DNA of 58,441 nt, the filler included, from Sphacelaria rigidula (Eukaryota): NCBI GenBank assembly GCA_964200075.2. It is 5 parts of 5 records of this genome, joined end to end, with 100 filler letters (N's around TTAATTAATTAA, not from the genome) between each part and the next. Parts side by side here need not be neighbours in the genome. Positions count along the whole stretch, not along the records: positions 23,418 to 35,025 come from CAXNAA020004712.1; positions 35,126 to 46,733 come from CAXNAA020004713.1; 3 more parts are not named here. One strand, written 5' to 3'. Below, one piece after another: positions 24,557-37,903 of the stretch. The position numbers and the translations under genes were made by a program. A model generated the notes under the pieces. It saw only the letters and a program-made list of their open reading frames with translations. It ran no database searches and had not been told where the DNA came from. The first letter of the stretch is position 1, and each line of letters starts with the position of its first letter.

Positions 24557-27500
24557 CTGCTCCAACAAGTCGGTGGTCTTCAGACAAGGCGATTTCCCAT
24601 CCTTAGCTTCAAAGGCAGTGAGGCAGTGGTCAAAAGTACAAATCACTTGAAGTCTGTTCACTCCGTCCTGTGCAGCAAACCACGCAAGGTGACGGCGGGG
24701 AGGGGGGAGGGGGGAGGGGGGGGGAAGGGGGGTCACAATTCAACAGTCCAACATACCAAGACGGTAAATTTTGTACACGCGCTTCCACAGGGCACATGCC
24801 GTCAACTCCGAGAGACTAGCAAATACACGCTCAACCCTCTGAGGACCCATCGACGGTTTTTGTTCTTGTGAATTGGCATTTTTTTTACTTGAAAATGACT
24901 GAAAATGATGACGATTCACGAAATCACAATCGTCACTGCGTTCCAAAATGGTGAATGTCTCACCGACTTGCAATACACCCAAGGGACAAAACAACACCTC
25001 CTACTCTGGACGATGACGGCTGACAAACGATAGTGACAGCATCCGGGGAGAAGTGAAACTGCATAGCACGCTGCTGTCTACTAGCCTACGTGTGTTGATG
25101 TGGGAGGAAATACTGCCGCTGTGGGAACTTGGGCTTCCGCCACGTGTGCCTGTGCTGTGCTATGGATATTTGCCAATCGCCGAGTTGGTTCGGCAAACGT
25201 ACTAAATCCACTGAATGCCGAGTCGAGACTTGAATTGAGGGGTACGATGCATGCAAGAAAAGTAAGGGTTTTGAGGATACTTGGGGGCATGTTTGAGGCC
25301 GCTACGACAGGACGACAAGGCGGTGTGAACAAGCAACCAACTCCGCGGTGGGACGGGACGATTCTCGTGTGACTAACTAATGCCGCTGCGTCCCGTTGGT
25401 GCAGTGGTCATGGTCCAACAAGTGACATCAGTAGGATGGAGAGAACCCTGGTTCGATTTCCGTCAGATACTTGTGTTTGACACTTGTGAGTTTGTGATTT
25501 ATGCCTCTGTAATTTATGCCTTTGGAAGCGCGAGGACATGAGCGGTGAGAAAAAAGTACTTGATTGAGTTTGTTTGATGATAGTTGACGCGGTGCGGGAG
25601 TGATGATGGTCATGATCCAGTTGGCGAGACCGAAGTGCAGTGCGTGTACCGGGGAGAGATAGGTTGCTCTCTTGAGACCATTAGACCATCAGAGCACCGA
25701 CTCGTCCCGAGTAAGTGGAGGGGTTTAAAGTGTTGACGAAAAAAGGAGTTAGCATGCTGTTGCTCCGGGCTAGATACTGCCTGGGGCGGCGCCGCAGAGT
25801 GGCTCCTTCGTTCGTGCAACGATTTGGTCCATACAAACGTCCCTTCCCGATCCCTTCTCGACCACGGGATGGCATACAGTGTGCTGGCTGCTTCAGACTG
25901 CTTAACGGGAAAAAAGGATGCACGTCAGCATTCCAATGTTTACACGGCGAACGCTGACCCCAATGTTACTGTGTTGCCTTCTGCTTTTCCATGCGTATTG
26001 AGAGTCACGACCGAGAGACATGGGTAAGAACATCTCTTGAAACCACAGAATCGTCCCTAGCTCGGCTGAAAACGATGACTTGAAAAAATGATGGAAAAAG
26101 TTATTGGTCAGTCTGCCTCCTCCTCTTCCTCTTCCTTCCCCCCCTGGGGACGCAGCTTGACATTTTTGTATTTCTAGTGTAGGTCAGGTTACATTCTTAA
26201 TATTGGTGTCGAAAAAAAAAATGGTCCGGTCATTAGGTTAAACTTTACTGCTGCTGCTCAAAGTTTTCAAACCGAGCAAAACACTCGACGCGGGTCCATA
26301 ACCTCATCACCCCACCAACTTGCAGTTGTTGTTGTCTTCACATTATCAAATCATCCCGATCTTGGTTCAGGACATTCGCAGGCCCGTACAGCTAATTCAA
26401 CTGGTGAGGGGAAGCTTTCCGTTGTCGCCGGCTAGAACTATTCCCAGCAAGTGATGAGAAGCAAATCAGGTGAAAAATAAAAAGGGCTACGAGAAGTCCC
26501 CCAACGCGAAAATAACAGAAAATCGACACTGTCACTACATCAGTGTAGACAAAGTACGCCAAAACGATGAGACACATCAACAATACCATCACACTAAATA
26601 TTCAACACCTTGGACAATATATGGTCAATACTTGCAATACCAAAAATATACTGCGTAAGGTATGGGCCTATTGCAGCTATTGTCGGCCGACAATAGTCGC
26701 AATAGGCCCATACTCTACGCAGTACATTTTTTGAATATTGCAACTATTGACCATATATTGTTCAAGGTGTGAAATATTTATACAACGCGTTTTTTCGGTT
26801 TACTCTTTTGGAACTCGCAAAAAACATTATAAACTCCCACGTGCGAGCTTTCGTCACCCGGAAAACGTCAGTTCAAGTTCGGTGTACCAATCTGTCACAT
26901 TGGTATACTTGAACGGTGCACTGTTCCGGTGGGCCAAAGTATCAACAGTTGCAGAAAAATAACCATACCGTGCCCAAGAAAACGTCAACTGCAAATCGTC
27001 ATTTTTTCCATCAACGGTTCCAGAAGGGTTAACCAAGGTATACAATCGAATGATCCGTCTCGTATCCTTTATTTTCCCTGCGGCAATTAACTCTCTTGCT
27101 CGGGAAGCAAGATGAATCCAGCATCCAACGAGACATATCCCGGCCGTGTATGAGTTTCAGTAGTGGGCGGTTTAACTATTCATTTTGTGGCATTTTGTGA
27201 TTTTTCGTAATCCGATTTTCTTGGGCTCTTTTTGTTGGCCACCGCTCATCGCATTGGGGATCTGAAGGTATTTGTATCCGCTCCACATTCCAAGAAAAAA
27301 ATCGCCTGTAATCAAATAAAGTGTCTTCCGGGCTGACCGGCCATCGGGGGTCCTGCCACGTTTCAGCCCTGATTCTTATTCTGTGGCATTTTCGGTCGAT
27401 CGGGCATGTCCCGATCATAGTTGTGAAGAAATGCATGGTTTTATTTTTTGAAAGTCTACCTACTCGTTGCGCCAGAGCCGAAAAACCGTGTTTACGATCA

Positions 27501-30500
27501 ATAACACCCTCCTGATGAACGGAGATGATTACTTGTATCGCCCGATAACACCAACCAACACTGACTGCGGCACCATGGTTCGAACATGATCTGTTGATTG
27601 TACCAGAATCTACCGACGCTGGCAATTTCGAGTTTTATCAAAGAGTAGCACGCGAGGAAACCCCCCCCCAAAACTGAATAGTTAGACCGCCCACTACTGT
27701 AGCGCGGAAGAGTGCCGCTTGGAATCCCGACAAATACGGTGTCTGCGATGAGAGCAGAATCTGGTTTCCGTCTTCAAAAATATGAGTACGCCTGGAACGA
27801 AAAATAGAATTCTGCAATAACCGACGCGGTGCCGGAGTACCGATCCGATCTGCGACACCAAATGTCGAAAATGTACTGGAGCAGAGAAGGTTTGGTCCGT
27901 ACAGACTAGAGACAGAGTACGGACCTATCTCGTAAAAGGGTGCAGGCACCACAGGCACCACAGGCACAAATTCAAATATGACGAGGGGAAGCAAAATAAA
28001 GAAGATACATCTCATTCTTCAGCGGGTGCTTCATGCCTTGCTCTACCTCGGATACGTTTATCATGTCACCATTTGACCATGTCACCATTTGACATACTGT
28101 ATACCATGTGACCATGGCTGGACCTCTGGGCGATCAGTTAATGTACGACTACGAAGCTATGAAAATGAAAACAAAAAATTGTGCCGAACGCATGAGGCAC
28201 AACACAATACAACACAGCACAGAATAGCACAGTACAAACCTGCTTGAATTTCTCCTTCTTCTTCGCCAGCTCGTTGGGCTTGAGAATCATGACGATGCTC
28301 TTGTCTACAGATGTCACCTCTGCCACACCGGGTCCCGACCGCTCAGGCGTAGGACCTGCCGTAGCACCCTAGACACAGTATCACGTCAACACGAATTTGG
28401 CGATTGAGATATATGCAGGTGATCATTAGCAAATAGAAGACATGTACGACACGATTTCGATGCGACCTTGAGGTCTACTGATGAAGATTGTTCAGCAGAT
28501 CAAGTAAATGGAGTACAACTATACACGACGCACACAATGGCGACTGTTTCAGTTTTGGTTTTATTGGGTACATTTATCATGCGACCACGGCTGGACCCCT
28601 GGGGGGCCAGTTAAAGTGTGGCAATTAATGAATGAATCCCACGACATCTTCACAAAAAAAAGATGCTGGTAGTTGTTAGTGGAGCCTTCATGTATTGTTG
28701 TACGCATATTTTCCCCACATCTCTCAACAGAAGCACCATCGAAGTAAAAGAAGAGCACGTTGCTCACCATTCCCATCCCCAATCCAGGACCCCCAAAGCT
28801 GGGATACGGATTACCGTACGCCCCGGGTCCCCCGTAGGCCTGTGCCGCTCCATTTGCGACATCGTCCTCTGTCTTCTTCAGGCTAGATCCTCCGGGGCGG
28901 AAACTGATCGCGTTAGGTTAGATAATTGTTCATTTTGCCGAGGTAGTCAAGGCATGATCCACAGATGGAAAGTGGCAATAACGGGAGGAAGGGGAAGGAG
29001 GGGGGGGGGGGGTTAAGAGCTGCGCTAGGAACATCGAAGATCGTGGATTAATATATTGTTTTGCGCTGTTTGCTTCAAAATTCCAACAATGGACGAAATA
29101 ATGCATGTGAGCGCTGTGAGAGGATATGAGCCTTGTATCGCACAGTGGTATGAAGATGTGAAAACAAAACGCTCACAGCGACGACTGGAGTCAGCGCTCT
29201 TCCAAAACGTATCGACACACTCGCTGGAGCAGCATAGCAAGTGCTGGGGCATGGCGTGGACCGTGGCCGCCATCCTTCTACCGGTGACGGATGGCAATTC
29301 TTTCATATTGTTCGCGTCGCGATTGGACAATAGCCTGTCAATAACTTCGGAAAACGAACGATTTGTTCCCTCCATGCGACCACGGCTGGACCCCTGGGGA
29401 GTCAGTTGAAGTGCGACAATCAAATCAAATCAATCAATGGACTACCGCCGCCTGACTGAGGAGAGTCAAGAGACAGACTACTTGGCTTCAGTATGCCCCT
29501 CCCTTGAGGACAAGGTTCAAAGCTTGAAACGTGAGAGTAGTCAAACGAGGCAGGGTTTAAAACACAGTCACAATCACAGTTTCATGGAGGAATCGGTGAA
29601 GTCGAAGTATTATGGGGTTCGTGCGACAAACATGGTGCTTATGTACAAATGCCACCGCCTTGTGTCGTGAACTATCGAACGCTCTATATTTGCTTGCCCT
29701 CCTCCTCGCCCCCGCCCTCCTCGACAACCTTCAACATCAAATTTTAGTGCCTAGCGGAAAGGGATTCATTGCTTGCAATCGGCGTTGTCTCGTTGTGAGG
29801 GAGCTGTCAAACCTCAGATAACACACATATAAATGTGTTTCGCGTGCCCGTTGGCCTAACCTCGGCCAAAGTCAACAAGTACTGCAGTGCGTCAAACAAC
29901 AAACCCCGGAAGGCAACGGCTGCTGTGCGCGAAGCTCGTGCAGACAGTTACAAGATCCGTACAGCCGTATTCAACATACTGTCAGTAGTTTGCCGGCTGG
30001 CCAGCTGCACTCTCTCCTCTGTACTAGTAGTGCCTCTCAAGCTTCGCATCCTGCCCTATTCGGAACCCCGATGATCGAATTTCGAGCAACACCAACAACA
30101 CCTATCAACCTCCTTCAACACGAGTCCGTAGTCCCAAGATATCAACCCATATTCCTCGCCCAGCCACTCACTGTTCCTATATGTTTTCGAGTATAATGTT
30201 CAGAATCGACATCACATCACCGCACGCGGGCAGGACGCAAGGCGTGCTCTACAGCGGGCGGACGAAGAATGATTCGTCCAACAATTACTTGCTTTCAGTG
30301 TACTTGATTCATCCCGTACGAATCAATCCTTGGGCTGGCTCTGTTTTCAATGTTGCACCTCAGCTTAAGGTGCGTGCACCCCAGGCACGTGGAATACCGC
30401 AAAATTTCGTACATATTTTTTCTTGAACCCGGAGTCGACTTATTTTCTCTCTTTTGAGCAACCAGGACTCAGCAACCGTAGATAAGGTGATTCGAAGCAG

Positions 30501-32874
30501 CGGTCATTTCATGTTCCGTCTGGCCCTCGGTACTTTGCAAACAAGATAGCGCCACCCCCATCGCACGAGTATGAAGATATTTGTCACATGCTTCCGACAA
30601 GTGTCCAGTAGGCATGAAGACCGTTTCCAACACAAGTACAAAATACCACAAGTAAAAAATAACTGCACACATATCAAACGAATATTTCTTCTCTTAAAAA
30701 TTGGTCTGGTTCATCACACTACGATATCCATCACTGTAAAACTTCGGTGCACTCCTTGTGTAGATCTTCCCCCCATCACTATAAAACAAAAACAAATGTA
30801 ACATCATACTGGAACTGATGTTTTGGTCAAAACATAACTCGAAGAATTCTGTAACATGCATGCAACGCGTATGCATAACTCACTCCTAATAAGCGCTTTT
30901 ATTTCATGTAAGGGATAATAGTGACGACACTGCAAAGGCGAATCCATATCTGTGACCACGGGTTCGAGAGATCGAGCTAATGTGCGGAAATAATATAAAC
31001 GACAATAATACTTACAAGACAGGCCTGCAGACAGCACGCGTGACTTATCTATCCCGGAACGTGGACGTGTGTAGGTCATAGCTTCTCACTCGCTGAAAGG
31101 GTAAGGAGCGTGTAGAGACGTAACGTGGACTTGAACAGGACGGGCCTTGCAAGGTAAGACTTAGGGTTGAACCTCAGAGTGGACGAGTGGATACCTAGAA
31201 TGGGTACTCCCAGGCAAGGAGTATGACGAGCCCAGACTAAGGATTGGAGGATGACGGTCCCAGGGGGCAGACCCGGGATGGCGGTCCGGGTTGACTAGCC
31301 CGGACTAGTGAGCGGGTCGGGTCAGGTCACACTGACATACTAAAAAATATAGACTAATACTATATCCAAGTGCCAGTGCCAGAGTTTCGAAAGGGCCCGC
31401 ATCATCGTCACACAGCACTCCACCGCTACAGACGCAGCTCGGCATAAACAAACAGACTAAATACTTTACGCATTACACTCTTGTCCTATTGCAACTGCTG
31501 ATTTGTCCATTGTCCAGAGTGTACAACACCCTTGTTTTCAGTACACATCATCACATTCGGATCTTGATAGACTGCTCGCCCAGTGTGAGGCAGCGTCAAT
31601 CAGGGTAGGGTGTATGCATGAGGGATGCCACGGTAGTGGTGCAGAAATGTTTTTAGATGTTAGAACTGTTGGGAGCCCCTTATCTCATGCCGAACACGAC
31701 TTATGGAATATGTGAGAGTACGCTAGGTTTACTATTCCAATGTGCTAGGGATGTCCCGAATAAATTTGCAAACGGAGGTGCCCTGACTCATTTTCTTGTG
31801 CATCTAGAATATTTAGGAGCCCCTGAACCAGACAACATTTCGCGCAAAAAGTGCACCCCTACGGTAGCATTGCTCGCATGCGCAGGTGCCGATTCGAGCC
31901 GAAGCAAAGCAAACTAAAAACACAGTTTGCGTCAACCACCGGATTTTGGTACCGCACTGGAGGTAGGAAAACACGCCTCCATACGCGACACACGGAAACC
32001 AGCACACGCACGCACCTCGGAGGCCCTTCCGCATCGCCAGCCACTGCATCTCCCTGGAATACTTTCTCCTTAAAGCGAGACCAAATGCCCAGTCCACCCT
32101 CTCCCCCATGGCCGTGCTGCGGGTGTTGCTGATGCTGACCCGGGCCTCCTCCATACCCACCGTCCTTGGGAACGAGAACGAAAAAAAAACGGGAATATCG
32201 TCTCATCAAACTCGAATTATACTTTATACTACTAAAGCTGTGCTGCGATAAGTAATGCATTGATGCAGCAGGGATCGATTTGTTGACTACTCGAACATAC
32301 GTAGTATTGGTTACACAGTATATATGGTACAGTCGCACGAGGCCAAACGGAAAACGTGCGCCGGTTTGGAAGCGGCAGGCACGGGGGCATGACTTGATTA
32401 TGAGATGAATCATGGAATAGATCACGGCATGAATCACGGAATAGATCATGACATGAATAATGAAATAGAGGATGAAATGGCTCACGACCAAGTGGCGGGA
32501 TACAGAGGCTCAACGATAAACGACGACGACAGTAACAACATCGAACAGAAGATAAATAACAAATTGATAGTCACCTGGCCTTGATATTGTGATTGAATAG
32601 GTCCCCTGCTGGGGCTTCCGGTGGGCTGCAAAGCCATCCCGGGCCTAGATGGTTGCTGCCAGCTCTGGACGCGTGAGAGCAACACACACATACGGGCGCG
32701 CACACCCACCCACACAAGCGACGGGTATTGTGAGCGACACAAGCACAGGTGCATAGTCCGCTCGCACTTGACATTGACTGCTCATTTTTCCCTCACATGT
32801 TTGAATCGATCTCCTTTCTCGAGGTTCCTTGACCGGTTGTTGCCGTCTAGATACCTCGGAAACGGTACGTCCAT
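24557..32874 (-). CDS. NT5C3: Pyrimidine 5'-nucleotidase (cytosolic 5'-nucleotidase III, HAD family)-like protein with Gly/Pro/Gln-rich N-terminal extension; 3' part missing at contig end
   Basis: GT-AG, phase-consistent exons 32874-32797 (ATG), 32664-32575, 32164-32016, 28903-28815, 28355-28240 and 24667-24557. The joined sequence IVMILKPNELAKKKEKFKQ-DGVNRLQVICTFDHCLTAFEAKDGKSPCLKTTDLLE matches by eye the NT5C3 N-terminal pattern (..GGxxKLQVIxDFDxTLSxF..GKRCxT..IL). Later exons were not confidently found before the spacer at 23318-23417. Confidence 0.7.
26595..26780. repeat. Second copy of the palindromic element family
   Basis: Imperfect palindrome centred on TTGTCGGCCGACAA. It shares GGCCTATTGCAGCT, CAGTACATTTT and TTGACCATATA with 20488-20671. 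Confidence 0.85.
26803..27028. mobile_element. Degenerate piggyBac-type MITE (second family)
   Basis: Left CTCTTTTGGAAC pairs with right GTTCCAGAAGGG, which is followed by TTAA. Confidence 0.45.
27158..27699. mobile_element. ~540-bp MITE, Tc1/mariner-type (TIR CAGTAGTGGGCGGT-TAACTATTCA)
   Basis: Left CAGTAGTGGGCGGTTTAACTATTCA and right TGAATAGTTAGACCGCCCACTACTG followed by TA. The interior is homologous to the copies at 57385-58441. Confidence 0.85.
29200..29438 (+). mobile_element. 3' tail of a LINE/SINE ending in CAAT/CAAAT repeats; shorter copies at ~23899, ~28087, ~28578, ~34275
   Basis: Recurrent motif GACCACGGCTGGACCC-x-GG-x-TCAGTT-x-A-x-GTGCGAC followed by microsatellite-like tails (CAATCAAATCAAATCAATCAAT; AATGAATGAAT). 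The 5' boundary is approximate. Confidence 0.6.
30900..31010 (+). mobile_element. 3' tail of another retroposon family; second copy at ~36300-36396
   Basis: CTGTGAC(C/T)ACGGGTTCGAGAGATCG(A/G)GCTAATGTGCGGAAATAA is shared between two contigs and followed by an A-rich tail. Confidence 0.55.
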
Positions 32875-35025
32875 CTTGTCGTCGTGACCAGATTCGTGAC
32901 GGATCAGTTCATGTGCATCAATCGGACCAGACCAGATCAGATCAGATCAAACCCAGCCAGACGCACCAAGCTGAGCAAAAGGTGGGGAGCGCTGGCAATT
33001 TTGTGTGATTTCATTGGCTAAAGCCTCGCGCATTACAAATTATTCGCGATGAATCTAGTCATCGTTTCAAAAAGATAAACGCAGCCAAGCTCGACGAACG
33101 CCAACACTTGCAAACGGACACCAATGCAAAGGGCGGAAGTGAGAAAAAAAAATTCAAGAACTGATGGCACGGGGAGGGGCGTACTCATGTGTTGCTCGCC
33201 TTCGTCGTTTGACCATTGACCACGCATCCCTTTCGAGACGGAGTATCGTTCCTACTCCTAATAGAGACACCTCCAACATTTAGGTGCCCATTACGTTTCT
33301 TCCGTACATTACACAAAAACCTTTCACGTATCTTATCCCCGTCCTGTTTCGCCGTGTGTGGCCATCATCGATCTCCTAGCCATCGTCTTATCGCTACTGT
33401 CTGATGCATCAAAGGATTTCATGCACATTCTGTCATTGTATGCCTTCTGCTCTCTATTGCTCTTCCACAGGGGCAATTGTGTGCATGTACGTCCTCTTCT
33501 CAACTACTGGTGAACATATTTTTTGTTTTTGGCAGGTCCACGTCCCCAACTCGACGTTACAGTCTCAGATTTTCGCCGCGTCCATTGGGCCATGCAGATA
33601 TGTTTCCATCCCTATCCCCTCTCTCAATCCCCCGTAGGGGAGGGAGGGAGGGAACAGAGCAAAACGAAATATATAATATCAAACCGATTCCGAATAATTC
33701 CGACGAATCCGCACCAGAACTTCAGGTGAAGGGGAACACATTCTGTTGTTTTCGCCACTTACTTCGGTTTCCGGGCCGCGCGAATGTGTAGACGACAAGC
33801 ACATTCGTCATGTGCGACGAGTAAATTTGCCTCGCGCAGTGAAGTCTCTGTCTTTTTTTTCCCCCCGTGTAAATGAGTACGCCCCCCCTCGTGTTCTCTC
33901 TCCTTTTGCTGGAACTTTCCTTCTCGTGAAAACGACAAAATTTGTACTGGATCAACCATGTCTTCGGCGATAGGGGGGGGGGGGGATGGCGTGACCTTGT
34001 AATTAACGACTCGTTCCGACAAAAAGGGAGATAAAAAACAAAAAATAAGATAATCGTATGAATAAAAATCAACCGTTCCATCGATCGCGCAAGCAAGCCG
34101 TCATGGACGGTCTCCCCGCGTCATGAAGCTGTCGATCAAACATCGTAACGCCCAGTCGAGGCCAGAGTCTCGGAAACGTCTGGCGTGCTGTACTAGACAG
34201 CGACGCAATCGATTCAATGGTGAAACTGTGTACAAGTGCCTTGGGTACATTGTCTATATGTGACATTGGCAGTATCCCTCGAGGATCAGTCGAATGTGCG
34301 ACTACCAATAAAAATCAATCCATCTACAGCGGAGGATACCGGTGCACGACTCCATGTGTCAAGGCGCACCTATTGACGACAGCACAACGGTCATGATCGA
34401 CGCAGACGAGGTCGACGCTTGTCACTCGAGAATGAAAGCGTCTCCACGTTGCGTGTAAAAGGCACCCGACACCCGCCCTAAATACATCTCTGCTGGATGA
34501 GGTAACTTCGTCTGGCAACCGAACAAATGGTATCAAAATAAATGCAGCACACAACGAGCACATGACACAAGTCGAAGCCAAACTGAGGCCATCGGCACTA
34601 CATATTCCAAGCTCCAACAGGAAAATAGCCTCCGTTTTTTGGGGGGGAGGTGGGGAGTGCTTGGGCTCGACTAGAGCACCTCGTGGATGTAATATAAAAA
34701 TCACGCACCTTTGAAATTCTACGCTTGCTTCAGCGGGCACAGCTCGAACGCTGTTTCAATGCGTGACTAATATCCACTGGATCCGAATATGGCAGGGGGG
34801 ACAGGGGGGGGGGAGGGGGTACGGCCTGGCCTGACATGGAGCCCAAGAAGTCTGGGAACGCCAAGAATGTTCCCTTGAACAATCCGATTCAGCACAAACG
34901 GCCTATATAACGCAGATCGCTCAAGGCAGTCGAAGGGGTGAAACAACGAAAGACCACAATAAGCAATCTCCAGAGCAAGTCAACAGTCCATCAAAATACA
35001 CCAAGACACCGGGCGGGCGGGCGGG

Positions 35026-35125
35026 NNNNNNNNNNNNNNNNNNNNNNNNNNNNNNNNNNNNNNNNNNNNTTAATTAATTAANNNNNNNNNNNNNNNNNNN
35101 NNNNNNNNNNNNNNNNNNNNNNNNN
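35026..35125. other. Artificial contig-join spacer
   Basis: Same N44-TTAATTAATTAA-N44 structure. Confidence 0.97.
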
Positions 35126-36725
35126 ATACCGAAAGGTGTAGACTGGCGTCCAGAATAAATGGGACGACAACACAACACAACACACACATGTCGTGTAGGT
35201 GTAATATTGACGCTCAACAGTATCACCAGCTCGCAGAGAGTTTCGCACAATGAAGTGCAGACAAGCTACTAGTACTACTGCTGTACACGGCAACCGTGCG
35301 ATTGTGATCAGGGATACTCGACGTACCTAGCCAAGCAGCACTTGCGTGTACACGGGGGCGTGGGTACAAAACCTCTGTGCAGTCGGCTGTAACTTGGGCA
35401 TTCACTACTGAACCGTAGCTGCACTTGATGATCCAGGTGGACGTTGTGTTCAGTTATCCGAAATGTGATGGACAAACGAAGGGCGCGTGACGACTCTCCG
35501 CTGCCACATCGCCAACTTTCGCCGTGACTTACAAATAGATTAGTCACTGGCGGAAGGTACTCGATCATAGACTAACTGCCTCAGTTTTTTTTCCTCCTTC
35601 CTTCTCAGGTCTCCCAGCCTTACCAACATGTGTCAGTTTTGCACAAATTTATCATGAACTACTGGACAGCTTCGGAATCCCTTTCATATTTTGTTGTAAG
35701 TGTTACTTGTAGATGTATTAGTTGTCGAGGTGTGGTGGTCAAAACCGTTTCACGTTGGTGTCCCCTCGTCCCGAAAACTCTGTCTTCAAATTACTTCACA
35801 CTAAGGAAGTGACACTAAAGAGAAAAATAAATGTGCGTAACTGTCTCTCCACCGTTCACCAATGTGCGGTCTTCTCTTCGCCGTCTAGAATATGCTGGAG
35901 AGAAGTCTTATCTTACGCTGGGTATTACCGAAGAGCAAGCTAGAAGCAGAACCGGCTTCTTTGCAGGAGGCGTTTTTCCAGTGCAATTTAGATATATTTT
36001 GCGATTGTAAAGGATCGTCCCACCGGCTCTTACGTAAGGTTCGATTTTCCGGTCCGCAAACAAGTGATCACGATACAGGAGTCTGGATCCTCCTCCACAT
36101 GCGACCTTTTCGCCATCCCAGTAGTGATTGCTCGGTCGATGTTGAAAATTTCCGTGAACCATGTGTTGAAATATTCGTACAGTACTCATGCCAGATAAAC
36201 TCGGGGGGAAGCTATTACTCTTCTGTTCTCTTGACGTCTCTCTTGTTTTTGTTTTTTGGTGTTACATTTGTTTTGGAATCTCACAAGAAAGGATGGGAGC
36301 TTTATCTCTTGTAAGGAATAGCAGGGACGGTATTGAAAATACGAGCCCAAGCCTGTGACTACGGGTTCGAGAGATCGGGCTAATGTGCGGAAATAAGGGT
36401 GATGATGGGTGGTCGTGGCACGATCAGATTTCTGCGGGTAATTTACCCTCACGTAACAGTGAAATACTCTGGAAACATAAGATAACGTAAAGCCTCAAGC
36501 CTGTGAATCGTTGGACGCTCGTAGACGCTCTCGTCGACACTGTTGGGGAAAAGATGCAGACGCAGCGTAAAGTTACGCGATGGAGTAATATACTGGAGGC
36601 AAATATACCCAACCGCAACTTACACAACCAACTGTAACTGCTCGGTGTGTTGTGCTTTTCATTATTTTTTCGCTGACATCTTATTCTGTCTGCACGAAAA
36701 TCAAGATGGTATACTCTGCGTTCAA

Positions 36726-36831
36726 CCCTCAGACCGCGGTGCCGGTAATCCATCTAGATCACGCATACTTTTTTCAAGTGAATATTGATGCCGATTCAGC
36801 AGATGACCAACCTACCCTCGCGGTCTAACAA
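36726..36831. mobile_element. Second copy of the ~100-bp piggyBac-type MITE
   Basis: CCCTCAGACCGCGGTGCCGGTAATCCATCTAGATCAC...CTACCCTCGCGGTCTAACAA-TTAA, collinear with 53748-53848. Confidence 0.65.
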
Positions 36832-37903
36832 TTAACGTACATAAAAAAGAAACCAATCGCAAACAACGAACTTGGTAATCTCAAGATTGTCACATTATGT
36901 ATACGGTTTGTGTCGCCCGTTCGTAGCATACCCTTTCCCCCCCGCCACTAAATACCATCACTACCATGGTCCGTTGTACAACACGCCCAACATTGAGTTT
37001 TTGTCCATTTTCGGCACCATGCCGGTATCTGTAGTCCCCCCCTCCCCTCCCCCATGTTTTTACTACAAACACACACGCGCATGCGCGCGCTCTCGCGCGC
37101 ACACACCAGTTTTTCTGGTGCTAGAGTAGTAGCAGGTGTGCACAGCTGCCACCATGACGACTCTCGTCATGACTACTAAATCTACATGAACGTGCTATCC
37201 TCAGTAGAGCCTGTCTTCGTTGCCACTTCGATGCATGATGGTTTTTTTTTCATGTAGACTATATACCGTACAGTGGAGGGAGAATTTCAGCATAGTGCGA
37301 TGTGTCGTTAACCCCGCATAACCGCACTATGCTTGAACTCTCCACTATACTGGTGCAGAGGGTCTATATATTCCTTGATGCTAGTATAGCGGATCGGACT
37401 TGTGGAAAGTGATTTGTACCGCAGTTTGCTGGGACCCCCACTGTAGTGAGACCCGTAGTGTATTTTTTTTCCCTTTGAGATTTTCGGAAGCATGGCTGAT
37501 GAACGTCCTCACACATAATGTTGGTACCGCCAGTGCGGGGTAGGGGAGGGGGGTCAGGGGGGGTGAAAAAACATGTTGAAAATTCATGCCTGCAGACTTT
37601 GTGGTGGAGAATGTGGGAAAAGAGAACAGAACTGTACGAAACATAGATAAAATGTGGTGTAATGTCACCATACAGTTACAATCCGATAGTAAAGTACGGG
37701 AAAATGCACTTTTTCCTTATACTCGGAGTATATGGTTTTCAAAGCTTGAACGTGACTTCGTCCACAACCTCCCTCCGGGTGACTATTACTCACCTCCGGA
37801 AACTTGGGACAGGACTCTCACCCGCTATGATATGTCTATTTGAAAAAATGGACCGGGCGTTACTGTATTATTTCGTTTTTGTCGTTCTCCAGGAAAGCTG
37901 CCC

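Noticed and set aside
31038..31331. Solo LTR
   Set aside because: Weak GTGAC...GTCAC inverted ends, but no target-site duplication and no second copy in the window.
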